Positions 46,110 to 56,412 of a stretch of DNA of 64,000 nt are shown here, piece after piece. The stretch is from a virus. The notes under the pieces were generated by a model. It was not told where the DNA came from. It saw only the letters and a program-made list of their open reading frames with translations, and made no database searches. The position numbers and the translations under genes were made by a program. Positions within the stretch are counted from its first letter, which is position 1. Each line of letters opens with the position of its first letter. The DNA lies in the IMG/VR virus record IMGVR_UViG_3300012206_000007, positions 4,724 through 68,723 of that record, one strand, 5' to 3'.

Positions 46110-47603
46110 ATGAAGCACGCCTTCGGTGTCACGTCGGACTTGCAGCTCCCGTTTCCAACGGAGGCGGAGCCAGAGGTGTCGGATGGCGTGGGTCGGCGGG
46201 TGGCTGGTGCTCCTTGTGCTGCTGTGGGTGTGCGGACCGAAGCCCCTGCGCCCGAACTGGCACCGCCCGCCGAAGCCACCACCGAGGAAGAAGCCCTCTG
46301 GCCCGATCCCGCGCCGCCCTACACCTACCTCGCAGGACCGGCTGGCAGTGGGAAGACCTTCGCCGTGAAAGCGTGGCAGGAGCGCGTCGGCGGCATCGAA
46401 CTCTGCGCAACGACCGGTATTTCAGCGATCAACTGTGGCGGCACGACTATCCATGCACTGGCGGGGTACTTTGATACGAAGAGCCTGCAGGAGAGCTACA
46501 CCAACGGCTTCCTCACGGCGCGCCTCGGCAGGCTCTGGCGCGCCGGGATCCGCCGCCTCGTGCTCGACGAAGTCTCCATGCTCGACGCCGACCAACTGAC
46601 CTACATCGTGCGGGCGATTGAAGAAGTGAACGGACGCGGCTATGTGCTCGACGGCTGGACGCAGGAGGACGACGAAGAGCCGCCCGCGCTGGGCCTGACG
46701 CTCGTCGGCGATTTTGCCCAGCTCCCTCCCGTGAAAGCGCCCTTTGCGTTCGAGTCCCCCGAGTGGCTGCGCTTCGCCGAGCACACGAAGACCCTCATAC
46801 GTATCCACCGCCAAGCCGACGCGCCCTTCATTGAAGCCCTCCGCCAGGCACGCCTCGGCAACGGCCGCGCGGTCGTCGACGCCTTCCGCAGCCAGCTCCA
46901 CGCCGAGACTGACGACACCTTCGACGGCCCGACCCTCTTCGCGAAGAACGACGCCGTCGACCGCTACAACTGGATCCGCCTCGGGCGCGTGAAGGGGAAG
47001 GACCTGCTCTACGAGTCGGCGCGCGAGGGAAAGCAGCGCAGCGAGTGGGGCGACCCCAAGAAGCTGCCCGCCTCGTGGGGCATCCCGCTCCGCCTCCACC
47101 TCAAGATCGGCACGCTGGTGATGGTGCTCGCCAATAAGCGCGTCGAGGGCGAGCCACCGCAGCCCTTCGTCTATGTCAATGGTGACCTCGGCGAAGTCGT
47201 TGATGGTGATGCGACCGCGTGCTCCATCAAACTGCAGCGCACCGGCGCCGTCGTGAAGGTGCTCTATGTGAAGCGTACCGTGCTGCAGCCCTGCGACGGC
47301 GCCCGTCGCAAGGAGCTCCGCGCCCTCGGGCAGGCAGATCGCATCGAAGGGAAGTTCGAGATCGTCGGCTGGGTGCAGTACATGCCGTTGCGCATTGCCT
47401 ACGCCTCAACCGTCCATAAGTCGCAGGGCCTCTCGCTCGATCAGGTGCAGATCAATTGTCGCGACGCGTTCTTTTGTACGCCGGCGATGTTGTATGTCGG
47501 CTTGTCGCGGTGCCGCACGCAGGAAGGACTTCGCTTAGTAGGTTCCGAAGCTGCTCTCTTGGAACGCTGCGTCGCTGACCCGAGGCTCCGCGCATGGCTC
47601 TAG
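46110..47603 (+). CDS. Pif1/RecD-like SF1 helicase
   Basis: GPAGSGKT, TTGISA, DEVSM, GDFAQLPPV, HRQ, YVNGDLG, AYASTVHKSQGLS, YVGLSR. Confidence 0.9.
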   Translation: MKHAFGVTSDLQLPFPTEAEPEVSDGVGRRVAGAPCAAVGVRTEAPAPELAPPAEATTEEEALWPDPAPPYTYLAGPAGSGKTFAVKAWQERVGGIELCATTGISAINCGGTTIHALAGYFDTKSLQESYTNGFLTARLGRLWRAGIRRLVLDEVSMLDADQLTYIVRAIEEVNGRGYVLDGWTQEDDEEPPALGLTLVGDFAQLPPVKAPFAFESPEWLRFAEHTKTLIRIHRQADAPFIEALRQARLGNGRAVVDAFRSQLHAETDDTFDGPTLFAKNDAVDRYNWIRLGRVKGKDLLYESAREGKQRSEWGDPKKLPASWGIPLRLHLKIGTLVMVLANKRVEGEPPQPFVYVNGDLGEVVDGDATACSIKLQRTGAVVKVLYVKRTVLQPCDGARRKELRALGQADRIEGKFEIVGWVQYMPLRIAYASTVHKSQGLSLDQVQINCRDAFFCTPAMLYVGLSRCRTQEGLRLVGSEAALLERCVADPRLRAWL

Positions 47604-47620
47604 ATGAGGCCTGGCCTTGG

Positions 47621-47842
47621 ATGACCATCTCAGATGACCCCGACTGGAACACGGTCGAGGCGATGATCTGCTACGGCGGGGGCTTTGTCGCGGCTCTTGG
47701 CCAGCTCTATCGCCGGGCCGACCCGCAGAACCAGGCGCGGCTCAAAGGCGCCTTCCCCGAATACTGGCGCAGCTACACCGAGATCGCCCGGCAGCAGCAG
47801 GCCGCCCAAGCGGAAGAGACCAAGCGGAAGGGCACGCTGTGA
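47621..47842 (+). CDS. Small conserved phage protein
   Basis: GGGFVAALG.LY.RAD..N..RLK.AFPEYW. Confidence 0.6.
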   Translation: MTISDDPDWNTVEAMICYGGGFVAALGQLYRRADPQNQARLKGAFPEYWRSYTEIARQQQAAQAEETKRKGTL

Positions 47843-48486
47843 CACCGATCCTGGTGCCTGGGACGGGCAGTTGGGCCGACGACAATCGCGTCGACTGGTA
47901 TTGCCCCGGCTCGCCCTTCGTTGACTTCCTCGGCCGGCAGCATCTCGCCCCGGCCTTCGGGCGCCGCTACGACCTCGGCTACGACATCGGTCTGGCACCC
48001 TTCATCTGGTCGACGGACCTCGCGGGCGTGCCGATTCTCAGCCGCCTTGCGACGTGGGCGGCCGGTGGCGCGGCGCTCGCCTACTTTGTGGAAGCGACCG
48101 CGAACCTGCGGGGGAAGGACACCGCCGTCATCGCGCACAGCCACGGCTTGCAGCCCGTGCTCTACAGCTGCGCCGAGCAGAACCTCCGCGTGGCGCAGCT
48201 CATCTCGGTCGGCTCGCCCGTGCGCCACGACATGCTGGCCATTGCCAAGCGGGCCCGGCCACGCATCGGGTTCTGGCGGCACCTCCACTCGGACGCCTCC
48301 GACCGCTGGCAGTGGCTCGGCGAGCTGTTCGACAGTCACTTCAGCATCGTGCGCGCCCACCCCTTGGCCGATGAGAACGTCGGCGTGCCCAAGGTGGGAC
48401 ATTCGGAGTTGCTGCGCGACGCAAGCCTGTTCCACCTGTGGGTGGATGAGGGGTGGTTGCAGCCCCTGCAACGGAGGCCCGCATGA
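47839..48486 (+). CDS. Alpha/beta hydrolase-fold protein
   Basis: LVPGT, IAHSHG nucleophile elbow, ISVGSP, GHS. Confidence 0.7.
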   Translation: MTPILVPGTGSWADDNRVDWYCPGSPFVDFLGRQHLAPAFGRRYDLGYDIGLAPFIWSTDLAGVPILSRLATWAAGGAALAYFVEATANLRGKDTAVIAHSHGLQPVLYSCAEQNLRVAQLISVGSPVRHDMLAIAKRARPRIGFWRHLHSDASDRWQWLGELFDSHFSIVRAHPLADENVGVPKVGHSELLRDASLFHLWVDEGWLQPLQRRPA

Positions 48487-48914
48487 GCCTCGCCCCACTC
48501 GATGTCATCGCGATCACCATTTGGGCTGAAGCGAGAAACCAGCCCGTCGAGGGTCGAATTGCCGTGGCAGCTGTCATCCGTAACCGCGTGCGCGCCCACC
48601 ATTGGGGTGCGACCTACGAGGCGGTGTGTCTCGCCCCCAAGCAGTTCTCCTGCTGGCAGGCGGTGGGGGGCACGGCGAATTACGAAGCGGTGCGGGCGCT
48701 CAAGGAACGCATTGAGCAGGGGCAGCGCCCCTCCGATGTTGTGCTGACCGAGTGCTACGCCATCGCGCAGGAGATTGTCTCGGGCCGACTCCAAGACAAT
48801 ACGAAAGGCGCGACGCATTACGTGGTGACGACGGTGCCCCCGCCGCTCTGGGCGGTGGACCACACGCCGGTGTGCGTCATCGGGGACCACGCGTTCTATG
48901 CGGGAGTGGCGTGA
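48483..48914 (+). CDS. Cell wall hydrolase (SleB/Hydrolase_2)
   Basis: TIWAEARNQ..EGRIAVAAVIRNRV, KQFSCW, GATHY, IGDHAFY. Confidence 0.9.
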   Translation: MSLAPLDVIAITIWAEARNQPVEGRIAVAAVIRNRVRAHHWGATYEAVCLAPKQFSCWQAVGGTANYEAVRALKERIEQGQRPSDVVLTECYAIAQEIVSGRLQDNTKGATHYVVTTVPPPLWAVDHTPVCVIGDHAFYAGVA

Positions 48915-49228
48915 TGCGGCAGCCCATGATTCCTGAACGACTTGGCGATCTGCCGACACCGTCTGGTGTCTCGCGCCGGGCCTTCCTGCGCGCCCTCGTC
49001 GCGGCCCCTGCACTGGCCTCCTCGACGCTGGCCGTCGACTGGGAGCGCCTCCTGTGGACGCCCACGCCGATTATCCTGGTCCCGGCGATGCCCCAGCCTG
49101 CGTGGCTGGATGCGCTCGCCGAGGGGCAGTTCTCCCATATCGTGACCCGTCTGGCGCTGGCGGTAGGGGCGGAGGACCCCAGCCGTCCCTTCACGGCGAC
49201 GTGGATTCCGGTGACGGGCCATGAGTAG
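48914..49228 (+). CDS. Small protein with twin-arginine-like motif
   Basis: VSRRAFLRALVAAPALA. Confidence 0.55.
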   Translation: MRQPMIPERLGDLPTPSGVSRRAFLRALVAAPALASSTLAVDWERLLWTPTPIILVPAMPQPAWLDALAEGQFSHIVTRLALAVGAEDPSRPFTATWIPVTGHE

Positions 49229-50081
49229 GCTGCTGACGACCTTCCCGGGGCGCTTCGGGGACATCGGATGGGCCCTACCGACCATTCGCGCCATTGCGGA
49301 GGCGAACGAGCCTGTCGACCTCGTCATTGGCGCCGAGTTCGCCTCGATTGTGCCGCTCCTCCAGCAGCAGCCCTACCTGCGCCACGTCTGGAGCGACCCT
49401 GCGTGGCACCTCGTGCCGCCAGATGAGTGGCGGGCGCCCTACGCCGGTAAGGAAGGTGTCGCCCCACCCGACCTGCCGGACGTGCCCTACGACCAGATCA
49501 TCCACCTTGGGCACCGGAAGTGGCCCGATGAATCACTGCCCAAGCGGATCTACACGCAGCTCGGTGAGCAGTATCCCGGCCTGAAGAAGGCGCCGCTCGA
49601 TCTCGACCGGCCGTGGATCGCCGTCATCCCCAAGCTCTGGACAGGGCCGTCGCTCGATGTGGCTGTCTGCTGGTCTGAAGAATGGATCGAGTTGAAGATG
49701 GGCACCGTCCTCGCGGTCGCAGAAGCCCTCCGGAGGAAACGCTTTACCCTCGTCGGCCCCGACCGTATGGGACGCCGCGCGGAGTGGGAGCATAGCTGGC
49801 TCCGTCTCGATAACACGCTGGCCTGGCCGAGCGACTGGATTCTCGCCACGTATGCGCTCTGTGAAGCGCGCGTGGTGCTGACCTGCTGCTCCGGCCTCTG
49901 GGTCCTCGCCAACGCCCTCAACAAGCCGGTCGTGCTCTACGAGCCGAGCGCCGCACGGCAGAACCCCGTCTTCTGGCTGGAACACCCGAGGAATCGGAAG
50001 GTGCTCGGTGGCGACGGCCTCCCGACCATCGATGCACGGGCGACAGCAGCAGCGATTGAGGCGGTGCTGAATGGCCACTGA
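49221..50081 (+). CDS. Glycosyltransferase (GT9/heptosyltransferase-like)
   Basis: GRFGDIGWALPTIRAI, LLQQQPYL, CCSGLWVLANALNKPVVLY. Confidence 0.75.
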   Translation: MSRLLTTFPGRFGDIGWALPTIRAIAEANEPVDLVIGAEFASIVPLLQQQPYLRHVWSDPAWHLVPPDEWRAPYAGKEGVAPPDLPDVPYDQIIHLGHRKWPDESLPKRIYTQLGEQYPGLKKAPLDLDRPWIAVIPKLWTGPSLDVAVCWSEEWIELKMGTVLAVAEALRRKRFTLVGPDRMGRRAEWEHSWLRLDNTLAWPSDWILATYALCEARVVLTCCSGLWVLANALNKPVVLYEPSAARQNPVFWLEHPRNRKVLGGDGLPTIDARATAAAIEAVLNGH

Positions 50082-50626
50082 TGCCGATCCGATTGACGAC
50101 CTCGTGCTCCCGATCACGAAATCGGAACGACAGCGCCTCGTTCATGAAGCGGCGCAGCTTGGCATCAGCCTGCATAACTACGTGCGATCCGCCTTGGGGT
50201 TACCGCTCTGGGCGACTGACCAACGCGGATCACAGGAGCGTGTCGCTCAGTGCATGTCGCTGATCGGCAAGACGTATGGATACCTCGGGGGGATGCGGCG
50301 TGCCGAACGCTTGACCGCGAGACGACGGCGTGAAATTGCTCGACATGCAGCGCAGGTACGCTGGGCCAAGCATCAGCAGGAGGCGGTGCTCGATGGCCGC
50401 TGACGTGCGCTCAGGCGACCTCATCGTGGCGGAGATCAGTAAGAACTGGATCGACTCGACTGAAGTCGTCCCGACGCCGCCACTCTGCCAACTCTTCGAG
50501 CAGGTCATCGCGCGCAATCGCTCGCGCGGCTATCACCTGCACTCGTTCCAACTCCATCGCCTCATGGTGTCGTTGAACCAGATGAACGAGACGATCATCG
50601 CAGTCTTCGAGTGGGACGGGCGATGA
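50071..50626 (+). CDS. Two small genes (50071-50403 putative DNA-binding; 50393-50626)
   Basis: RHH-like N-terminus plus GG..RA..LT..RRREIA..AA..RW motif. Confidence 0.55.
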
Positions 50627-50641
50627 AGGAGGCGGTGCTCG

Positions 50642-51421
50642 ATGGCCTTTGATCAACGGCGCATGTACGAGGCAATGTCGAACGCCTATGCGCCAGCACC
50701 CACGACGCCACCTGCTGAGGAAGTGGTCGAAACTCCCTTCGGCAAGTTTCTGGTCGACTCGCGCGACGTGATCGACGCCACCCTCGAGGCGGGCACCCTC
50801 TGGGACGGTCCCGGCTTCCTCCAGCCGCTCGCCGTCGAGTATGGCCGTCTCGGCGAGCGCGGCGTGACCATCCTCGATGTCGGTGCACACCATGGCGCCT
50901 TCAGCGTCTGGCTCGCGCGGCAGGGCGCGTGGCGTGTGGTCGCGGTCGAGCCCGTGCCCCAGACGATGCAGCGGCTGAAGGCCAACCTGGACCTCAATCG
51001 CGAGGCGACGGCGTCCTGCGTCATCCCGATCGAGGTGGCGGCCTACGATGCCCGCCGCCTGCTCTGGGTGCCCCCTGTGGAGGCAGGCAACACCGGCGGC
51101 GTCGCGCTGCGGCCGGAGGGCGAGGTCGGTGCGCCCACCGTGGCGGCACGTCCGCTCGACGAGTACCGCTGGCTCTGCCCGCAGGTGAGCCTGATCAAAG
51201 TCGACGCCCAAGGCTGCGATGGGCGGGCGTTGCGCGGGGCGCAGGCCCTCATCGAGGTGCACCACCCGGCGATTGTCTTCGAGTGGGAGGCCGATCTCGC
51301 TGCCGCGCACGGCGACAGTCTCACGGGTCCCGCTGGCATCTGGGAGTGGCTCGTCGCGCGCGGCTATCATGTGCACGCGTGGCCGAGTCAGCCGAACAAC
51401 TACGTCGCGCGCTGGCGGTGA
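50642..51421 (+). CDS. FkbM-family methyltransferase
   Basis: ILDVGAHHG, VAVEP, NTGG, LIKVDAQGCD..L.GA, IVFE. Confidence 0.85.
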   Translation: MAFDQRRMYEAMSNAYAPAPTTPPAEEVVETPFGKFLVDSRDVIDATLEAGTLWDGPGFLQPLAVEYGRLGERGVTILDVGAHHGAFSVWLARQGAWRVVAVEPVPQTMQRLKANLDLNREATASCVIPIEVAAYDARRLLWVPPVEAGNTGGVALRPEGEVGAPTVAARPLDEYRWLCPQVSLIKVDAQGCDGRALRGAQALIEVHHPAIVFEWEADLAAAHGDSLTGPAGIWEWLVARGYHVHAWPSQPNNYVARWR

Positions 51422-51428
51422 GGACGCG

Positions 51429-51914
51429 ATGCCTGTGGTCTGGCAGCAGGTGACGAAGTTCGATGGCCGGGCGTGCGCGCTGGCCGACCGGCACTACAGC
51501 CGCCGGAAGATTGGCGCACCGCAGTTCATGCCGCCTGGCGAGACGGTCATTCTGCTCACACCGGCTGCCGACGCGGTCTTCGGCTGGTGGCGTCCGCATC
51601 CGGCGTCGGGATTGAGGGCCATGAACGGGCGGGATGGCTGGACGTGCTCGATCTTCCGCAACGAAGGTGGGCAGCGGTCCTCTGCCCTGATCCTCGCCGC
51701 TGAGGAGAGGCTGGCACGACTTGGCGTCACCTGCGGTGTGGACGGCTTACTGACCTACATCTGGCGGGCGAAGGTGCGGAGCGTGAATCCCGGCTATTGC
51801 TTTAAGTGCGCAGGCTATCGACGGATCGGCGTGAGCGCCGATGGGCGGAAAGACTTGCTCCAGAAGGCGTGGGCATCTGTCGGACAGGCGGGCGGCGTGC
51901 ATGGCCGCTGCTGA
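51429..51914 (+). CDS. Mom-like (GNAT-fold) DNA modification protein
   Basis: DRHYSRR, FRNEG..SSALI, LLTY...NPGYCFKCAGY resembles Mom-family motifs. Confidence 0.5.
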   Translation: MPVVWQQVTKFDGRACALADRHYSRRKIGAPQFMPPGETVILLTPAADAVFGWWRPHPASGLRAMNGRDGWTCSIFRNEGGQRSSALILAAEERLARLGVTCGVDGLLTYIWRAKVRSVNPGYCFKCAGYRRIGVSADGRKDLLQKAWASVGQAGGVHGRC

Positions 51915-52371
51915 TGTCGCAGGAGGCTCTACGAAACTTGTGAACGCTGGCCTTGGCGATGTGTCCGACCGCCTCACGATTCTGGCGCTGAAGATCCTCG
52001 TCGGCCAGGAGCAGGGCAGGGACGTGACCCACTTCAGCAACGAGCACGCCGCTCTGCTGACGCAGATCCGCAGCCGCACGCTGAACGCGAAGTGGTTCGA
52101 GGCGGTGCTGAGCCTCGCCGCCGTGAACGGCCTGCTGTGGCACGCCGAGGACGACCTGAAAGCCCTCCGCCTCGAATGGATGGTGCAGCAGACACCGTCT
52201 GCGGCGGAGGTGACCATCACCGCCGTGGGCGACGGCGTCAAGCGGCGCGTCGCGGACCTCGTGTTACCGCTCGCCTTCCGGATCCAAGGATTGAACGAGC
52301 AGCGCGCCGAACTCGTCGCGCAGATCAACCGCGAGGCCGGCGACGGGGCTGGTGCTGAGAAGCTCTCATGA
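51901..52371 (+). CDS. DUF6165-like helical protein
   Basis: GDVSDRLTILALK...VNGLLWHAED...LNEQRAELVAQIN. Confidence 0.6.
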   Translation: MAAADVAGGSTKLVNAGLGDVSDRLTILALKILVGQEQGRDVTHFSNEHAALLTQIRSRTLNAKWFEAVLSLAAVNGLLWHAEDDLKALRLEWMVQQTPSAAEVTITAVGDGVKRRVADLVLPLAFRIQGLNEQRAELVAQINREAGDGAGAEKLS

Positions 52372-52601
52372 CGTCACGGACATCACTGGATGCGTACTGG
52401 CAGGACTACTACGCCAACAAGCAGGGCGTCGCGGACCAGCAGTTGCTGAAACAACTCGAGTCCGCCTTTGAGGCGGTCTTCTATGCGGGGGCCACCGCCG
52501 CCCTGCTGGGAATCGGTGCTGTGGCGCCAACCTGCCGAGAGAACCGCCGACGCGAGTTGCTGGACGAGGTCGATATGAAGCTGATGGCGCAGGGTGGCTG
52601 A
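52368..52601 (+). CDS. Hypothetical protein
   Basis: FYAGA motif; coupled ORF. Confidence 0.5.
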   Translation: MTSRTSLDAYWQDYYANKQGVADQQLLKQLESAFEAVFYAGATAALLGIGAVAPTCRENRRRELLDEVDMKLMAQGG

Positions 52602-52613
52602 CGGGCGGCACCG

Positions 52614-53585
52614 ATGAACGTCGCCCTTGTTTCGACGTGGGATATCCCATGCGGGATTGCTGAAATGGCCGCCTACCTGAAGGCGGCGGTTGAAGCGGCT
52701 GACCCGACGATCACGCTCGTGCCGATCACGAATCTTCATCCGGCGGCGATTCTCGCGCCCGAAGCGATCGGTGCGCCGCAAGGCTGGGACGTGATTCTGC
52801 TCAACTATCAGGCCGCCCTCCTCAGTCAATGGCACCCAGAGGACATCCGAGCCGTGCAAGTGCACGGGATGAAAGTGCTAGTCGTCTGGCATGACAGTGG
52901 CGTCCCGAACTCCGATCAGGCCAAAGGCATCTGCGCGGCGGCAGACAGTTTCGTCGTGCACGAGCCGTACGACGACCTCGACGGCAACGGCCGCTACTGG
53001 CGCATGGGCGTGCCGGACTGGCAACTCGCGCAGCCTGTCGACATCCACCCACGGAGTTGGTGTGGCCCTCGGCCGATCCTCGGCTCGATCGGCTTCCCCT
53101 ATCCGTGGAAATGCCTCGACGAGCTCGCGCGCGTGACAGCAAAGGCTGGGTGGGCGCTCCTGCTCATCGCGCCGACGGCGACGCCCACACAGGTGGCGAC
53201 GTGGACAAGCCTAAATCCCCACCTCTGCGTATATAACCGCTTCCTCGATCGGGAGGAAGCGTTGCAGCTCTTAGGCGGTTGTGACGCGACTGCCTTCTGC
53301 TTTTCATGTGCAAATACGGGACAGTCAGGATCCATCCTGCAGGGCATCGCGGCGCGCAAGCCCGTCATCGCCTTCAGTCATTGCCGCCAAATGAAATCGC
53401 TCTGGGAGGACCCGCTCGGCCGCGAGGTCATCTACTGGACGGACAGCTTCGACGGCGTCGCGGAGCACCTCCGTACGCTGCCGATTCAGCGCGTCGACCC
53501 TGGCACGGTGGCGTTGGCGACGCAGGATTCGTGGGAACAGCTCGGACGGAAGTACGCTGCCCTCCTGCACGAGTTGGTGCGATGA
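52614..53585 (+). CDS. Glycosyltransferase (GT-B)
   Basis: VSTWDIPCGIAE, VWHD, GSIGFPYPWK, QSGS...AARKPVI, SWEQLGRKY. Confidence 0.8.
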   Translation: MNVALVSTWDIPCGIAEMAAYLKAAVEAADPTITLVPITNLHPAAILAPEAIGAPQGWDVILLNYQAALLSQWHPEDIRAVQVHGMKVLVVWHDSGVPNSDQAKGICAAADSFVVHEPYDDLDGNGRYWRMGVPDWQLAQPVDIHPRSWCGPRPILGSIGFPYPWKCLDELARVTAKAGWALLLIAPTATPTQVATWTSLNPHLCVYNRFLDREEALQLLGGCDATAFCFSCANTGQSGSILQGIAARKPVIAFSHCRQMKSLWEDPLGREVIYWTDSFDGVAEHLRTLPIQRVDPGTVALATQDSWEQLGRKYAALLHELVR

Positions 53586-54337
53586 CGGCCGCCTACCCCT
53601 TGAGCAAGTGCGTAGATCCGGTGCCAGACTATGCCGAGCTCACCCCTGAACTTGCCACCGTCGACCGCTTCTTTACCGCCGCGAGCGAGCAGCATAGCGG
53701 GCGTCGGTGGGAGTACGCACTCGCGTTACGCGCCCTCACGGCCTGGACGTCCACTCGCGCCCCGCACGAGCATCTGCACCTCATCGATGTCGGCGGTGCG
53801 GGCTCGCCCTTCGCGCTGATGGCCGACCACCAGCTCCGCCAAGTCGCCGTCGAGCACCACATCAGGCACCTGCAGGTGACGATCATCGACCCCGCATGGA
53901 GCGGGCTGCTGCTCGGCCCGGCCGCAGAGGCTGGCGCGACCATCCAGCCGGTGCCGCTCGACCTCGCCACCTACCTCACGGGCGATGCGCCCGCGACGCT
54001 CGCGCACATCTGTACCGTTCTCTCTGTCGTCGAGCATGTCCCTGACCTCGAGCGTTTCCTCTTCCACCTCAGTTGCCTCGTGCTGCCGGGCGGGCTGCTC
54101 TTCCTGACGATGGACTGCTGCGAGGCCGACGCACCCGACCCTGGGGGCTGGCCCACCGACCGCTATCACTTCCACTGGATGCGCCAGCGGATTTTCGACC
54201 GGCCGCAGTGGCAGCGGCTGCGCGACGTGTTCGCGCGGTACCAGTTCCGCCTGTCTGGTGAGGCGGACTGGGCATGGAAAGGCGCGCACGTCGCGGACTA
54301 CAGCTTTTGTTCGCTTGCTCTGGTGAAGCGGGTATGA
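53582..54337 (+). CDS. Class I SAM-dependent methyltransferase
   Basis: RRWEY, IDVGGAGS, LSVVEHVPD, LPGGLLFLT. Confidence 0.8.
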   Translation: MTAAYPLSKCVDPVPDYAELTPELATVDRFFTAASEQHSGRRWEYALALRALTAWTSTRAPHEHLHLIDVGGAGSPFALMADHQLRQVAVEHHIRHLQVTIIDPAWSGLLLGPAAEAGATIQPVPLDLATYLTGDAPATLAHICTVLSVVEHVPDLERFLFHLSCLVLPGGLLFLTMDCCEADAPDPGGWPTDRYHFHWMRQRIFDRPQWQRLRDVFARYQFRLSGEADWAWKGAHVADYSFCSLALVKRV

Positions 54338-55614
54338 CCTTCACGGTAACGCTCCACGACCGCTGCCGCCTCTGCCAAGGCGTGCTCGACCCGGTGCTCG
54401 ACCTCGGACACCTCGCGCTCCCGACCTTCCCGCGCCCAGAGGACGATCCGGCGCCACGCGTGCCGCTCGACCTCACGACCTGCCGCACCTGCGGCCTCGT
54501 GCAGCTGCGCCACACCGTCTCGCCGGACGCCTTGTTCCGTACGTACTGGTACCGATCGTCCACCAATGAGGCGATGCAGGCGGAGCTGACGGACATCGTG
54601 CGCGCGGCGCTGGCGGCGGTCGACGTGGAGGCGAACGATCCCGTCATCGACATCGGCGCGAACGATGGCTTCCTCCTCAGTCAGTACCCGCTGTGCCTCC
54701 CCCATCGGAGGCCGGAGCGCATCGCCTTCGAGCCCGCGCACAACCTCAAGGACGCGTGCCGCCGCCATGCCGAGCAGCACTGGGCCGAATACTTCCCCCC
54801 CACAGGCGAGACCCGCGCGACGCATGTCCTCCCGGTGGCGTGGCGCCGGAAGGTCAAAGTGCTGACATCCATCGCCTGCTTCTACGATGTCGAGGACCCG
54901 ACCGCGTTCGTGCAGGCGGTGGATGTCCTGCTGGCCGAGGACGGCGTGTGGATCGTGCAGCTCCAGGACCTCGCCCAGACCGTTGAGGCGACCGCCTTCG
55001 ATTGCGTCTGTGCGGAACATCTGACTTACTGGTCACTGGCCAGCTTTGAATTCCTGCTCGCTCGCACAGACGTGGACTTGCACATCGTCCACGCCGAGCG
55101 GCGCCCCATCAACGGCGGCAGCCTCCGCCTCCTGATCCGGCGGCGGCACCACACGGTCGACGAGACCGTCCACACGCTCGCGGAGCAGGAAGCTGCCTCG
55201 ATCACATGGCAGGCGCTGGAGCGCTTCGCGTGGTCGGCGGTGGTGGCCAGGACGCAGATCGAAGCGGCGGTCCACGCGGCGACGCGTGCGGGCTTGACGG
55301 TCGACTTGTATGGGCCAAGCACGAAAGCAGAGACGCTCACACAGTGGGTTGGCCTTGGGCCACCGCGCATCCGGCAGGCGTGGGAGCGGCACCCAGACAA
55401 GATCGGGCGGCTGACGGCAATGGGCATCCCGATTGTCGACGAGGAGACGGGGCGTGCGGACCCCCCGGACCTTCTTCTCGTCGGCATTTGGCAATTCAGA
55501 GAGGGCATCCTGCGGCGTGAGGCGGACTACTTGGCCGGTGGCGGTCGGCTACTTTTTCCGCTGCCAGTCGTCGACGTGGTGAGCTATGGCCTTGTCCTCC
55601 CCACCGTCATGTAG
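54334..55614 (+). CDS. NDP-hexose C3-methyltransferase-like protein
   Basis: CRLC...LDLG...CRTCGLVQL, YWYRSS, IDIGANDG, EHLTYWS, NGGSLR, YGPSTKA, W.F. Confidence 0.85.
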   Translation: MTFTVTLHDRCRLCQGVLDPVLDLGHLALPTFPRPEDDPAPRVPLDLTTCRTCGLVQLRHTVSPDALFRTYWYRSSTNEAMQAELTDIVRAALAAVDVEANDPVIDIGANDGFLLSQYPLCLPHRRPERIAFEPAHNLKDACRRHAEQHWAEYFPPTGETRATHVLPVAWRRKVKVLTSIACFYDVEDPTAFVQAVDVLLAEDGVWIVQLQDLAQTVEATAFDCVCAEHLTYWSLASFEFLLARTDVDLHIVHAERRPINGGSLRLLIRRRHHTVDETVHTLAEQEAASITWQALERFAWSAVVARTQIEAAVHAATRAGLTVDLYGPSTKAETLTQWVGLGPPRIRQAWERHPDKIGRLTAMGIPIVDEETGRADPPDLLLVGIWQFREGILRREADYLAGGGRLLFPLPVVDVVSYGLVLPTVM

Positions 55615-55882
55615 GCACTGCGGCAACGCCGACCCAACGATGCTCATCGGGCTGACGGGCGGAGGACTCTACTGTGAAGTGTGCAGCCGGGTGACGGAGG
55701 CGAGGACGACCGATGGCAATGCGGAACGCCGTGATTCTGTGGCTGACGCTGACCGGCGTGGTCCTGCTGGCCTTCGCCACCAGCGCCGACCGACGCGTGA
55801 GTGAGGCGGTGGCGAGTGGTGGCTGCTGGCTGCTCGCGTGGGTCTACGCGCAACTGACAAGAGGCGGGCGAGGAGGACAGCG

Positions 55883-56412
55883 ATGAAGCGGTATGCGGAC
55901 CTCCCCGAGGCCGACCGGATGACCGAGGCGCATGTGCGCCAGTGGGAGGTGCTCACCCGGAAGAGCGGCGGCTGTGGCGGCGAAGACTGGATTCAGGAGA
56001 CCCTCCAGCGGATGGCTGAGGCACGGTGTGAGGCGGCCGTGCCGTGGTTTGGCGAGATCGATGGCCACGTCTACTACCGACGCTGCCAACGGCCCATCCT
56101 GAAGACGCAAGCCTACTGCCGCATCCATGCGCCGCTGGAAGGAGACACCGCATGATCGACTACGTCGAAGTCGACGGTCCCGACGGCCTCGTTCGCATCA
56201 AGCCCGAATGGATGATTGCGCTCGGCGCCCCGCTGGACTGGTTCCGCCCAGGCGACGACCTCACGGAAGACCAGAAAGTGCGCGTGCGCGCCGTCTACCT
56301 GCACGGGGGCGCCCAGATCATGGTGCTCGATACGCCGGAGAACCTGCGGCGGTTGCTCCAGCGCGTGTGGCCTGATGCGGCGGCGTGGGCCAAGCGGGAG
56401 AGCGAGCGATGA
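55883..56412 (+). CDS. Two small genes (55883-56155, 56152-56412)
   Basis: SD motifs and ATGA coupling. Confidence 0.5.
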
